Shown here piece after piece: positions 20,142 to 29,897 of a stretch of DNA of 64,000 bases. The notes beneath the pieces were generated by a model, which was given only the letters and a program-made list of their open reading frames with translations, was not told where the DNA came from and did not search any database. The position numbers and the translations under genes are program-made. Position 1 is the first letter of the stretch, and each line of letters begins with the position of its first letter. The stretch is from Chitinophagaceae bacterium (GTDB taxonomy: Bacteria > Bacteroidota > Bacteroidia > Chitinophagales > Chitinophagaceae): the NCBI GenBank assembly GCA_043788195.1, contig JAYVUE010000024.1, positions 13,265-77,264 on the forward strand, read 5' to 3'.

Positions 20142-20459
20142 ATGATTGCAAATACACCAGTGCCTCCTTATTATGCTGTGATCTTTACTTCTGTTCGTAC
20201 GGATACGGAGAACGGATATGATGATACGGCAAAAAGAATGGCAGAACTGGCGGAACAACAACCGGGATTTTTAGGCGTTGAGTCAGCCAGAAATGAGACA
20301 GGCATTACTGTTAGTTATTGGGAAAGCCTGGAAGTTATAAAGAACTGGAAAAATAATGCCGAGCATTTAATAGCACAACAAAAAGGTAAAGATGTTTTTT
20401 ATAAAAACTATAAAACAAGGATCGCTAAAGTAGAGAGGGATTATGATCTTGAAAAATGA
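20142..20459 (+). CDS. Antibiotic biosynthesis monooxygenase (ABM) family protein
   Basis: YYAVIFTS, QPGFLGVESAR, ITVSYWES, EHLIAQ. Confidence 0.88.
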   Translation: MIANTPVPPYYAVIFTSVRTDTENGYDDTAKRMAELAEQQPGFLGVESARNETGITVSYWESLEVIKNWKNNAEHLIAQQKGKDVFYKNYKTRIAKVERDYDLEK

Positions 20460-20992
20460 CAACTGCTGATACGATATCAATTCAAAAGATCTGGTCAATA
20501 CTTGAAACAGTGGTAGATCCCGAAGTTCCTGTATTAACAATAATTGACCTGGGAATTGTAAGAGACGTAAAAATTATTGAAGATCTTCAAAATCCCCTCT
20601 TTGAGGGTGGGGGGGCTGAGATCATCATCACTCCTACATATACCGGTTGCCCGGCCATGGATATGATTGCCATGAATATCCGTTTGGCATTAATTGAACA
20701 TGGCTATAAAAATGTAAAGATCACTTCGGTTCTTTCTCCTGCATGGACAACAGATTGGATGAGTGAATCAGGAAAAGAAAAATTAAAAGCATATGGGATT
20801 GCTCCTCCACGGTCTGACCGTCCCGGTCTGACCGATACCTCAAAATTATTTATCAATCAGGAAACTATACAGTGCCCTCTTTGTAATTCCTACAACACCA
20901 AACTCATCAGCCAGTTTGGTTCAACTGCCTGCAAAGCCTTATATCAATGTGAGGATTGTAAAGAGCCTTTTGATTATTTTAAGTGCCATTAA
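20456..20992 (+). CDS. paaD: Phenylacetyl-CoA epoxidase subunit D (PaaD; PaaJ in alternative nomenclature)
   Basis: DPEVPVLTIIDLGIVR, TPTYTGCPAM, WTTDWM, CPLC...FGSTACKALYQC..C.EPFDYFKCH. Confidence 0.94.
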   Translation: MTTADTISIQKIWSILETVVDPEVPVLTIIDLGIVRDVKIIEDLQNPLFEGGGAEIIITPTYTGCPAMDMIAMNIRLALIEHGYKNVKITSVLSPAWTTDWMSESGKEKLKAYGIAPPRSDRPGLTDTSKLFINQETIQCPLCNSYNTKLISQFGSTACKALYQCEDCKEPFDYFKCH

Positions 20993-21074
20993 TGAAGCGA
21001 TTGGGGTGGCCCACCCTTTTTGGGGTGACTCACCCTATGAAAAATTCTTTCGTAATTTGTGTTAAAATAATTCA

Positions 21075-21854
21075 ATGATGTCTTCCATTCTTTTTGAAAT
21101 AAAAAACGGCGTTGCCTTCATTACCCTCAACCGTCCAGAAAAATTTAATTCCTTTAACAGGGAAATGGCCTTGTTACTTCAAACTAAATTAGATGAATGT
21201 GCTTCCCTGCATGAGGTACGCTGTGTATATATTACCGGTGCCGGCAAAGCTTTTTGTGCAGGGCAGGATATCAGTGAATTGGTGGGTGATGACAAAATTG
21301 AAATAAAGCAGATCCTTTCTGAACATTATAACCCAATAGTAAAAAGAATAAGAAACTTACCTAAACCTGTAATCGCAGCAGTGAATGGTGTGGCAGCAGG
21401 AGCAGGAGCAAATATGGCATTATGTTGTGATATTGTGGTGGCTTCTGAAGCAGCGTCTTTTATCCAGGCATTTAGTAAGATCGGTTTGATACCTGATAGT
21501 GGCGGCACTTATACTTTACCCAGATTGATTGGCTGGCAAAAAGCAAGCGCCTTAATGATGACAGGTGATAAAGTAAGCTCAACAGAAGCAGAAAGGTTAG
21601 GAATGATTTATAAAGTTTTTGCTGACGCTGAGTTTGAAGAAGCCGGTAAAAAATTAGCCGCTACCATTTCACAAATGCCAACAAAAGGATTGGCCTATAC
21701 CAAACATGCTTTGAATAATTCATTTCACAATTCCTGGGAAGAACAATTATTAATGGAAGATGAATTTCAGCAGAAGGCAGCGATGACATATGATTATAAT
21801 GAAGGGATAAATGCATTCCTCGAAAAAAGATCTGCAAATTTTAAAGGGAAGTAA
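21075..21854 (+). CDS. paaG: Enoyl-CoA hydratase/isomerase, PaaG-like
   Basis: AFCAGQD, VNGVAAGAGAN, FIQAFSKIGLIPDSGG; paa context. Confidence 0.85.
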   Translation: MMSSILFEIKNGVAFITLNRPEKFNSFNREMALLLQTKLDECASLHEVRCVYITGAGKAFCAGQDISELVGDDKIEIKQILSEHYNPIVKRIRNLPKPVIAAVNGVAAGAGANMALCCDIVVASEAASFIQAFSKIGLIPDSGGTYTLPRLIGWQKASALMMTGDKVSSTEAERLGMIYKVFADAEFEEAGKKLAATISQMPTKGLAYTKHALNNSFHNSWEEQLLMEDEFQQKAAMTYDYNEGINAFLEKRSANFKGK

Positions 21855-21861
21855 AAAAATT

Positions 21862-21935
21862 AGTTGATTGAGTTGAAAGAGTTGATAAAGGTATTACAGC
21901 CGAATCTCTTTCAACTCAATCACCTTTATTAACTT
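21862..21935. repeat. Left 9-bp repeat array / hairpin of a four-helix-bundle gene
   Basis: AGTTGATTG AGTTGAAAG AGTTGATAA; TGATTGAGTTGAAAGAG pairs perfectly with CTCTTTCAACTCAATCA nearby. Confidence 0.75.
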
Positions 21936-21970
21936 TGTTAACGTTATTTCGTTACCCAAAAACCGAAAAC

Positions 21971-22339
21971 ATGCCCTACCAAAGTTTTGAAGAATTAGAA
22001 GTATGGAAAAAATCAAGATCTTTAAAGAATGAGATCTTTGAGCTGGTAAATATATTTCCAAAAGTTGAGAAATTCAGATTATCAGATCAAGTGATCAGAA
22101 GCTCAAGGTCAATCGCTACACAAATAGTTGAAGGACACGGACGAAGGACATTCCCGGACAGATTTAGGTTTCGCATTATTGCAAGGGGTTCTTTAAGCGA
22201 AACTTTAAATCACTTAATTGATGCTATTGATTGTAAATATATAAGCGATGAGATATTGGGTCATTATAGAAATAAAATAAACGAAGTAGAAAGGTTATTG
22301 AACGGTTATATAAACTATCTCGAAAAAAATATAAAGTAA
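21971..22339 (+). CDS. Four helix bundle protein (23S rRNA IVP / Avd-like family)
   Basis: FEELEVWKKS, FPKVEKFRLSDQVIRSSRSI..QIVEGHGR, ARGSLSET; likely ATG 21971 (ORF track TTG 21935). Confidence 0.92.
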   Translation: MPYQSFEELEVWKKSRSLKNEIFELVNIFPKVEKFRLSDQVIRSSRSIATQIVEGHGRRTFPDRFRFRIIARGSLSETLNHLIDAIDCKYISDEILGHYRNKINEVERLLNGYINYLEKNIK

Positions 22340-22350
22340 CGATTGCCAGA

Positions 22351-22390
22351 CCTTTATCAACTTTATTAACCTTATCAACTATATCAACTT
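22351..22390. repeat. Right 9-bp repeat array abutting the paaI start codon
   Basis: CTTTATCAA CTTTATTAA CCTTATCAA CTATATCAA CTT then ATG; complementary to the left AGTTGATAA units. Confidence 0.8.
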
Positions 22391-22807
22391 ATGACCACCC
22401 CCCAACAAGTAGTTACCCACATGATGGAAAACGACCTCTTCTCCCAATGGCTAGGCATAGAAGTACTTGAAATAAAAGAAGGCTACAGCAGAATAAAAAT
22501 GACCGTGCGCAAAGAAATGATCAATGGTTTTGGTATTGTACATGGAGGTATTGCTTTTTCATTGTCCGACAGCGCTTTTGCATTTGCCTGTAATAACCGT
22601 AATATTTTATCAGTTGCTTTAGATACATCAATAAATTTTCTGAAACCGGTTCATGTTGGTGATGTGTTGACTGCTGAAGCAAAAGAATTGCATAATGGAA
22701 AAAATACCGGGCTGTATCATATTAGTATCAGCAATCAACATGGTCATATAGTAGCTCTCTTCAAAGGAACCTGTTTTCGCACCAATAAAGCATTGATTAG
22801 TAAATAA
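22391..22807 (+). CDS. paaI: PaaI-family hotdog thioesterase
   Basis: MINGFGIVHGGIAFSLSDSAFAFACN. Confidence 0.92.
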   Translation: MTTPQQVVTHMMENDLFSQWLGIEVLEIKEGYSRIKMTVRKEMINGFGIVHGGIAFSLSDSAFAFACNNRNILSVALDTSINFLKPVHVGDVLTAEAKELHNGKNTGLYHISISNQHGHIVALFKGTCFRTNKALISK

Positions 22808-22873
22808 AGTATATAGAGTTTATAAAGTATCTTTAATTTGAGCCGTATTATGAAAATTTAAATAATCTGTATT

Positions 22874-23272
22874 ATGACTACTTCAAATTTCGGTTTTGAA
22901 GAACTTGAACTTTGGAAAAAGGCGCAACAATATAAAAATGAAATCAGGAATCTTACTAAAACATTCCCTTCAGAAGAAAAGTTCAGATTAACCGATCAAT
23001 TAATCAGAAGTTCAAGATCAGTTACTGCAGTTATTTCAGAAGGACATGGAAGATTTACTTATCCGGATCAAATACATTTTTGCATAATGTCCAGAGGTTC
23101 GCTTACTGAAACAGTTAATCATCTAATTGATGCTTTTGATGAAACCTATATTACAAACAATCAGCTTATATCATTAAAAATAAATGCAAAAGAAGTTGAA
23201 CGGCTCATAAATGGTTATTTGATCTATCTCAGAAAAAAACGGGATGAAGAAAAGAAAAAGTCAGATTCCTAA
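22874..23272 (+). CDS. Four helix bundle protein, second copy
   Basis: FEELELWKKA, FPSEEKFRLTDQLIRSSRSV..VISEGHGR, SRGSLTET. Confidence 0.92.
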   Translation: MTTSNFGFEELELWKKAQQYKNEIRNLTKTFPSEEKFRLTDQLIRSSRSVTAVISEGHGRFTYPDQIHFCIMSRGSLTETVNHLIDAFDETYITNNQLISLKINAKEVERLINGYLIYLRKKRDEEKKKSDS

Positions 23273-23295
23273 AACCCTTTATTTACTTTCCAACT

Positions 23296-23901
23296 ATGAC
23301 ATACTCTTTCAATGAATATATTCCAGTAGTGCAAGAATCTTCTTTCATTCATCCGCAGGCATGTGTAACCGGTAATGTAATAATTGGCAGGGATTGTTAT
23401 ATTGGCCCGGGTGCAGCTATCCGTGGCGATTGGGGGCAGATCATTATCGAAGATGGTTGTAATGTACAGGAAAACTGTACCATCCATATGTTTCCGGGTG
23501 TAACTGTATTATTGAAAGAGGGTGCTCATATCGGGCATGGTGCAGTGATACATGGAGCAACTATTGGTAAAAACTGTTTGGTTGGCATCAATGCTGTAAT
23601 TATGGATAATGTGGTACTGGGTGATGAATGTATTGTAGGTGCTTTAAGTTTTATTAAAGCCGGAGAAATTTTTGAAAGCAGAAGTTTAATAGTGGGTAAT
23701 CCTGCAAATAAAATAAAAAATGTTACTGATGAAATGATCAAATGGAAAACTGAGGGTACAACTTTGTATCAACAATTACCAAAAAACATGTTTAACAATT
23801 GGAAAGAATGCGAACCCCTCAGAAAAATTGCTGCTGAAAAAAAAATAACTGACCCGCCTTCCGGACAGTCAGGATATAAAACATGGAATGAAATCAAATA
23901 A
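23296..23901 (+). CDS. paaY: PaaY-like hexapeptide-repeat (gamma-carbonic anhydrase family) protein
   Basis: IRGDWG, NVQENCTIH, HIGHGAVIHGA; paa context. Confidence 0.85.
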   Translation: MTYSFNEYIPVVQESSFIHPQACVTGNVIIGRDCYIGPGAAIRGDWGQIIIEDGCNVQENCTIHMFPGVTVLLKEGAHIGHGAVIHGATIGKNCLVGINAVIMDNVVLGDECIVGALSFIKAGEIFESRSLIVGNPANKIKNVTDEMIKWKTEGTTLYQQLPKNMFNNWKECEPLRKIAAEKKITDPPSGQSGYKTWNEIK

Positions 23902-24327
23902 TTATTTAACCGCTTTCCAGATCAGTTTTTCGCCGGTAACCATTTTATAAAAATCAGGTAATTTACCATCCCCTTTTCCGGTAAATCCACCGTCAGGAGA
24001 ACCTAAAAAATTACATTTATCGTCGTAAACTTCGTTAAAGAAATCGCAGCATGGCATTTCAATATAATATACTCTTTTACCCTTGTACATATATTCTACA
24101 ACCTTTCCGGGTTGTTCATGTACTGCCTTAAATTTAAAAGAGTCAATTTTATTTTTGATACACCTGGGTAAAGTAACAGTTGTTTCAGTCTTTTTTTCTG
24201 ATGAATCATTTATCTTTTTTTCTATTGGTATAATAACCCTTACAGAATCTGTATTTACGGAAGGTTGATTTGTTTTTACCGAACCGCAACTCAAGATGAT
24301 CAGCCCGGGTATAAATAATAATTTCAT
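23902..24327 (-). CDS. Hypothetical lipoprotein (DUF6970-like)
   Basis: Lipobox ILSC; CCDFFNEVYDDKC..LGSPDGGFTGKGDG. Confidence 0.7.
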   Translation of the reverse strand: MKLLFIPGLIILSCGSVKTNQPSVNTDSVRVIIPIEKKINDSSEKKTETTVTLPRCIKNKIDSFKFKAVHEQPGKVVEYMYKGKRVYYIEMPCCDFFNEVYDDKCNFLGSPDGGFTGKGDGKLPDFYKMVTGEKLIWKAVK

Positions 24328-24451
24328 TCCTAAAATTTTAAAATTAACTGTTACAAATATAGTATCATTAATAAGTATTCCCTTAAAGCAAAAGCTTAAT
24401 TAGCAGTTAACACGGTTTTATCATTAAAATTTACAGACCTTTGCGCCATAA

Positions 24452-25456
24452 ATGGAAAAATCAAATTTTGTTGACCAGATAAGAATTTTTTGTCGCAGTG
24501 GTCATGGTGGCGCTGGAAGTAAACATTTTATGCGTAATAAATTAACTGCTATGGGTGGCCCCGATGGTGGTGACGGAGGCCGTGGGGCACATATCATATT
24601 AAAAGGGAATTCGCAACTCTGGACATTACTTCACCTGCGATATTACAAAAATGTGCTGGCAGAAGATGGTGAGAACGGAAGCAAAAATAATTCCAGTGGC
24701 AAAACCGGCAAAGATATTATCATTGAAGTACCACTGGGTACTATTGCATTGGATGAAGAAACGGGTGAAAAAAATGCAGAGATCCTTGAGGACGGACAGG
24801 AAATCATTCTGATGAAAGGTGGCCGTGGAGGGTTGGGTAATAGTAATTTTAAAACGGCTACCAACCAGGCACCCGATTATGCCCAGCCGGGTGAAGACGG
24901 TGTAGAAGGGTGGAAAGTTTTGGAATTAAAAGTATTGGCAGATGTTGGCCTTGTAGGTTTTCCCAATGCCGGCAAGTCAACATTACTATCAAGCATAACC
25001 GCTGCAAAACCAAAAATAGCCGACTACGCTTTCACTACCCTGGTGCCCCAGTTAGGCATGGTAGAATACCGCGATGCTAAAAGTTTTTGTATTGCCGATC
25101 TGCCCGGTATTATTGAAGGTGCAGCAGAAGGCAAAGGATTGGGTCACCGTTTTTTGCGGCATATCGAACGAAATTCTATTTTACTTTTTTTGATACCTGC
25201 TGATAGTAAAGACCATAAAAAAGAATTTCAAATATTGCACAACGAGCTGGAGCAATACAATCCCGAAATGCTGCAAAAAGATTTTATTATTGCCATTAGT
25301 AAAAGTGATATGCTGGATGAAGAATTAAAAGCAGGTATTGAAAAAGAACTTCCAAAAAATATTCCGCATATTTTTATCTCTTCCGTTAGTGGTTATGGCC
25401 TGATCGGGTTAAAAGATCTGCTATGGAAAACCTTAAACAGTAATGTAAAAGCCTGA
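24452..25456 (+). CDS. obgE: GTPase ObgE/CgtA
   Basis: [33 protein letters not shown]. Confidence 0.98.
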   Translation: MEKSNFVDQIRIFCRSGHGGAGSKHFMRNKLTAMGGPDGGDGGRGAHIILKGNSQLWTLLHLRYYKNVLAEDGENGSKNNSSGKTGKDIIIEVPLGTIALDEETGEKNAEILEDGQEIILMKGGRGGLGNSNFKTATNQAPDYAQPGEDGVEGWKVLELKVLADVGLVGFPNAGKSTLLSSITAAKPKIADYAFTTLVPQLGMVEYRDAKSFCIADLPGIIEGAAEGKGLGHRFLRHIERNSILLFLIPADSKDHKKEFQILHNELEQYNPEMLQKDFIIAISKSDMLDEELKAGIEKELPKNIPHIFISSVSGYGLIGLKDLLWKTLNSNVKA

Positions 25457-25617
25457 CCTTTAAAAAACACCTGATGCACTTTATTGGCTAAGACAGGAAT
25501 GATAATTATTTGCTTCATTCTGTTTTCATTTTTAGTTAACTCTTTGCTGATTTATCGGTTTAAGTATTTATTATTATTGATTTAACCTTTACTCTATCTT
25601 TATAAAAAGAGCAGAAT

Positions 25618-26547
25618 TTGACAATTATTTTTAAATACATCGGGCAATTTTACAGAACTGGATTTAACTGGCTCTATTTTTCTTTTATCCTTTTAATGAT
25701 AGGTATTCTCATCTACCTGAATTACTGGCATTTCCTGGAAACAAAATTAGTTAACGGGCAAACAGCGTGGAGTAGATTTGCAGGATACTATGTTTTATAT
25801 TTTTCTCCTTTTGCGTTTGCTTTTTTTTTGCAGTTGATCTTTTTCCGGAACTGTCATTATTATAAAAATCGTTGGTTTTGGATCATCCTGGTTTTGGCCC
25901 CCGCGTTTTTTTCTTTTCGAGTAAATTTTGATCTCCAGGAGATCATCATCGCCAGGATCTGGAACGGGGATGAACAATATTTTTGGACCAGGAGCCTGAA
26001 TTGGGTAATAAGGGTATTTGTAGTATTGATACCCGTATTTATACTTTGGTGGATAAAAGACAAAAACAACCAACCCTTTTATGGAACAAGAGCACTTGAA
26101 AATATAAAACCATATCTGTTGATGTTGCTGATAATGGTTCCATTAATTACACTGGCCAGTACACAAAAAGATTTTCTTGAAATGTATCCTAAAGCAAAAT
26201 TTTTAACCTTGCTTGAACTCCCTTCAAAAAAATGGCATTATTTCTTATACGAATTATGCTATGGTTTTGATTTTGTAAGTATCGAATTCTTTTTTCGTGG
26301 ATTTTTAATTCTATCACTAATGAAGATCTGCGGAACACATTGCATTATTCCTGTTGCCTGTTTTTATTGCACTATACATTTTGGGAAACCGATGGGAGAA
26401 GCCATCAGTAGTTTTTGGGGCGGAATATTGTTGGGTATTGTCAGTTACAACACAGGTAGCATATGGGGTGGATTAATAGTTCACCTGGGTATCGCCTGGT
26501 TGATGGAAATAGGCGGATGGTTAGGATTTTTGTTGCAAAACAAATAA
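25618..26547 (+). CDS. CPBP (Abi/CAAX) family intramembrane metalloprotease
   Basis: IEFFFRG, IHFGKP, GLIVHLG; multiple TM segments. Confidence 0.85.
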   Translation: MTIIFKYIGQFYRTGFNWLYFSFILLMIGILIYLNYWHFLETKLVNGQTAWSRFAGYYVLYFSPFAFAFFLQLIFFRNCHYYKNRWFWIILVLAPAFFSFRVNFDLQEIIIARIWNGDEQYFWTRSLNWVIRVFVVLIPVFILWWIKDKNNQPFYGTRALENIKPYLLMLLIMVPLITLASTQKDFLEMYPKAKFLTLLELPSKKWHYFLYELCYGFDFVSIEFFFRGFLILSLMKICGTHCIIPVACFYCTIHFGKPMGEAISSFWGGILLGIVSYNTGSIWGGLIVHLGIAWLMEIGGWLGFLLQNK

Positions 26548-26769
26548 AATGTTCATTCAATCACCGGCTTACCAAACAGCATACCGGTTCTTATCAGGCA
26601 GCAGGAGTAGCTTAAAACGTATCTTGGTTTATATAAATAAAAACTTGTTGTACTGATCTGTAGTGGGTTAGTTTGTCATTCTTCCTTTAGCTCAATAGCA
26701 AACAGACCGCAATCACGTATTTATACTATTGATGAAATAGAAATTGATAGCTACTTTTAGGTGTTCAAA

Positions 26770-27303
26770 ATGAAAAATTTTTTAAACATTGCTGTATTAT
26801 TTTTTTTGAGTGCAATACTTTGTGCCTGTCCGTATAGTTCTGTATATAAACTGGATGATGAGCCTGCTGTTTTTGTAGAGGATACCCTGTTAGGTAAATG
26901 GGCAACTTATGTAAAAAAACCTGATACCGACAAAGAAGAACCCGTTAAACTGATACTCGGTAAAAAATCAGACACTGAATATAATATCACTTTCATTGGC
27001 TTCTTAAAAGACCTTCGTCCATACAATGTAGTTACTGCCGATTCTATCAAAGGAACAGCTTTCATGTCAACTGTAGGAGGTAAACAGTTTTTGAACATAA
27101 AAATAAAATCACAGACATATATTGCTGAATTAAAATTAAAAGACGATAATCTTTCCCTGCTTCCTCTTGCAGAACATTTTACAGCCAAAATGATCTTAAA
27201 TAACACTGCCCTCAGAAATTCTGTGGAATTACATTACAAAACAAGAGTACACCCTATGTTTGATGAAGATTTTTGTTTAAAAGGTATGGTAAGAGTTAAT
27301 TGA
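26770..27303 (+). CDS. Hypothetical lipoprotein
   Basis: MKNFLNIAVLFFLSAILCAC lipobox-like. Confidence 0.65.
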   Translation: MKNFLNIAVLFFLSAILCACPYSSVYKLDDEPAVFVEDTLLGKWATYVKKPDTDKEEPVKLILGKKSDTEYNITFIGFLKDLRPYNVVTADSIKGTAFMSTVGGKQFLNIKIKSQTYIAELKLKDDNLSLLPLAEHFTAKMILNNTALRNSVELHYKTRVHPMFDEDFCLKGMVRVN

Positions 27304-27442
27304 TCCCAATAAAGAATAGTGATTATCTGAAAATTATTATTCTTCCCCAAACCACCGGCTGTTAACCATAAATCTATAACAAATGAAAGAGTTGCAATTC
27401 TTATACTATTTTGTAAATTGCTTTCCCTAAACAAACGATTGT

Positions 27443-28492
27443 ATGGTAAGAAGTAAAATTGCAGGCCTGGGATATTATGTTCCTAAAAATATCTTTACTA
27501 ATAAACAAATGGAACAATATATGGATACCAGTGATGAATGGATCCAGGAACGAACAGGTATTAAAGAACGACATTATGCCGATCGTCTTGGCGAAACCAC
27601 TACTACAATGGGAGTAGAAGCCGCCAAAATTGCAATTGAAAGAGCGGGTATAACCGCACAGGATATAGATTTTATCGTTTTTGCCACGCTTAGCCCTGAT
27701 TATTATTTTCCGGGCTGCGGCGTATTATTACAACGGGCGCTAAAAATAAAAGAAGTTGGTGCACTGGATGTACGCAATCAATGCAGTGGATTTGTTTATG
27801 CGCTTTCTGTTGCTGACCAGTTTATTAAAAGCGGGATGTATAAAAATATTTTAGTAGTGGGTAGTGAAAAACATTCTTTTGGTTTAGACTTTAGTACACG
27901 GGGGCGAAATATTACTGTAATATTTGGTGATGGTGCCGGTGCTGTTGTTTTACAACCTGCTACCAAAGAAGGTCAGGGTATATTAAGTACACATTTGCAT
28001 AGTGATGGTGAAAGTGCAGAAATTCTGGCCATGTACAACCCTGGTACACATGCTAATCATTGGGTGCCGCAAGCGGTTGCAAAATATGAAAATGCTGAGA
28101 TGGGTGAGATGTTTATGAGTCATGCAATGATCGATGAATCACAGAATTTTCCTAATATGGATGGCCCGGCAGTTTTTAAAAAAGCGATAATAAAAATGCC
28201 CGAAGTAGTTGAAGAGGCTTTGGCTGCAAACGGGCTCAGTTCCGCGGATATTAATATGCTTATTCCTCACCAGGCTAATTTGCGCATTGCCCAATTTGTA
28301 CAACACAAATTAAAATTAAGAGACGACCAGGTATATAATAATATTCAAAAATACGGCAATACTACCGCTGCTTCTATTCCTATTGCGTTATGTGAAGCAT
28401 GGGAAGAAGGAAAAATTAAAGAAGGAGATCTGGTATGCCTTACGGCCTTTGGTAGTGGTTTTACCTGGGCAAGCGCATTGATCAGGTGGTGA
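27443..28492 (+). CDS. fabH: 3-oxoacyl-ACP synthase III family
   Basis: NQCSGF, FGDGAGA, PHQAN, GNTTAAS, FGSGFTW. Confidence 0.9.
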   Translation: MVRSKIAGLGYYVPKNIFTNKQMEQYMDTSDEWIQERTGIKERHYADRLGETTTTMGVEAAKIAIERAGITAQDIDFIVFATLSPDYYFPGCGVLLQRALKIKEVGALDVRNQCSGFVYALSVADQFIKSGMYKNILVVGSEKHSFGLDFSTRGRNITVIFGDGAGAVVLQPATKEGQGILSTHLHSDGESAEILAMYNPGTHANHWVPQAVAKYENAEMGEMFMSHAMIDESQNFPNMDGPAVFKKAIIKMPEVVEEALAANGLSSADINMLIPHQANLRIAQFVQHKLKLRDDQVYNNIQKYGNTTAASIPIALCEAWEEGKIKEGDLVCLTAFGSGFTWASALIRW

Positions 28493-28542
28493 TTTGAATT
28501 GTAATTAATTTTTATTATTTTTATACTCTAAAAAAAGTAAAC

Positions 28543-28989
28543 ATGAAACGTAAATCAATGCTGATCCTTTTGCTTACAATTTTTATCACTGGTGCTTATG
28601 CACAGGTTACTGTAGATGTATTCATCAATGGCATAAAGGGAGGCCAGTATGTAATAAAAGCAGGACAAATCGACAGTGGTGGTCTTTCTTACAAAAAATC
28701 AGTGTATAAAAACGTAGACCGTTTATCTATACAGATAAAAGGGCAGTCTGTTGACGGGGGATACTATAGAAAGGTACAGGTAATGGGAGATGATGCATCA
28801 TCACCTATTTTTATTGCTAATGAAACAGTGGGAGTTGCGGGTCAATTTATCCTGACCGACCAAAGTGTTTTAAAAAGATTATCTAAGGGAAAACCAATAA
28901 CATTGTTTGTAGAAAAAACACCTGCCAATACAAAAAGCAAAGAAGCTATCAGAATTATATATATAGGCAAACTCTCCAGGGTGAAATAA
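28543..28989 (+). CDS. Hypothetical secreted protein
   Basis: Signal peptide ending AYAQ. Confidence 0.65.
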   Translation: MKRKSMLILLLTIFITGAYAQVTVDVFINGIKGGQYVIKAGQIDSGGLSYKKSVYKNVDRLSIQIKGQSVDGGYYRKVQVMGDDASSPIFIANETVGVAGQFILTDQSVLKRLSKGKPITLFVEKTPANTKSKEAIRIIYIGKLSRVK

Positions 28990-28992
28990 TAG

Positions 28993-29892
28993 ATGAGCCG
29001 TAAGTTCATTTATTTTATTAATCCTATCGCCGGCACCGGAAGCAAAGAACTGGTGCCGGCGATCATTAAAAAAATTACCACCCTACACAATATTCCGTTT
29101 GAGATCCTGCCTACAAATGCTGAAGGGAATTATGCATATCTCCCCGAAAAAATTATTGCCGAAAAAATTACTGATATTATTATTTGTGGTGGCGATGGCA
29201 CAGTTAACCAGTTAGCCAATGCATTACAGGGCGTTGATATAAATATTGGGATAATACCGATGGGTAGCGGAAATGGATTGGCATTAGCAGCAAAAATTCC
29301 AAAAAAAATAATTAAGGCTTTAGCCATTATTTTTAATGGTAACACAACTTATATTGACAGTTTTTTTATAAATAAAAAATTCAGCTGTATGCTCTGTGGT
29401 ATTGGTTTTGATGCCCAGGTTGCGCATAATTTTGCAGCACAAAAAAAAAGAGGGCTTTTTACCTATATCAGGCAATCTGCAAAACATTTTTTTAAAGCAA
29501 AAACATATGTATTTGAAATAATGGTAAATGGCAATGCTATTAATACTGAAGCTTTTTTTATCAGTATTGCCAACAGTAACCAGTTTGGTAATAATTTTAC
29601 TATTGCGCCACAAGCAAGTTTGCATGATGGATTACTGGATATTGTTGTGGTAAATAAAATGAGCAAACTCAGAATGGTATGGTCTATTCTTAAACAAATA
29701 CGCAATGGACAGGTACGCATGTACGAAGACAAAAAATATCACCGGAGTGATATTCATTATTTTCAGACAAATAAATTAACTATCAAAAATCTCCAGCTGG
29801 CACCACTGCACATTGATGGTGACCCTGCAGAAACGGCTAACTATTTTGAGATCGAAATTATTGAAAAAGCGTTCCGGATGATAATTCCATAA
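28993..29892 (+). CDS. Diacylglycerol/lipid kinase family (YegS/BmrU)
   Basis: INPIAG, GGDGT, PMGSGNGLA, GIGFDA, IDGD. Confidence 0.92.
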   Translation: MSRKFIYFINPIAGTGSKELVPAIIKKITTLHNIPFEILPTNAEGNYAYLPEKIIAEKITDIIICGGDGTVNQLANALQGVDINIGIIPMGSGNGLALAAKIPKKIIKALAIIFNGNTTYIDSFFINKKFSCMLCGIGFDAQVAHNFAAQKKRGLFTYIRQSAKHFFKAKTYVFEIMVNGNAINTEAFFISIANSNQFGNNFTIAPQASLHDGLLDIVVVNKMSKLRMVWSILKQIRNGQVRMYEDKKYHRSDIHYFQTNKLTIKNLQLAPLHIDGDPAETANYFEIEIIEKAFRMIIP

Positions 29893-29897
29893 TCGTT

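Noticed and set aside
19221-22390. CRISPR array
   Set aside because: Units are 9 bp, tandem and without unique spacers; no cas genes
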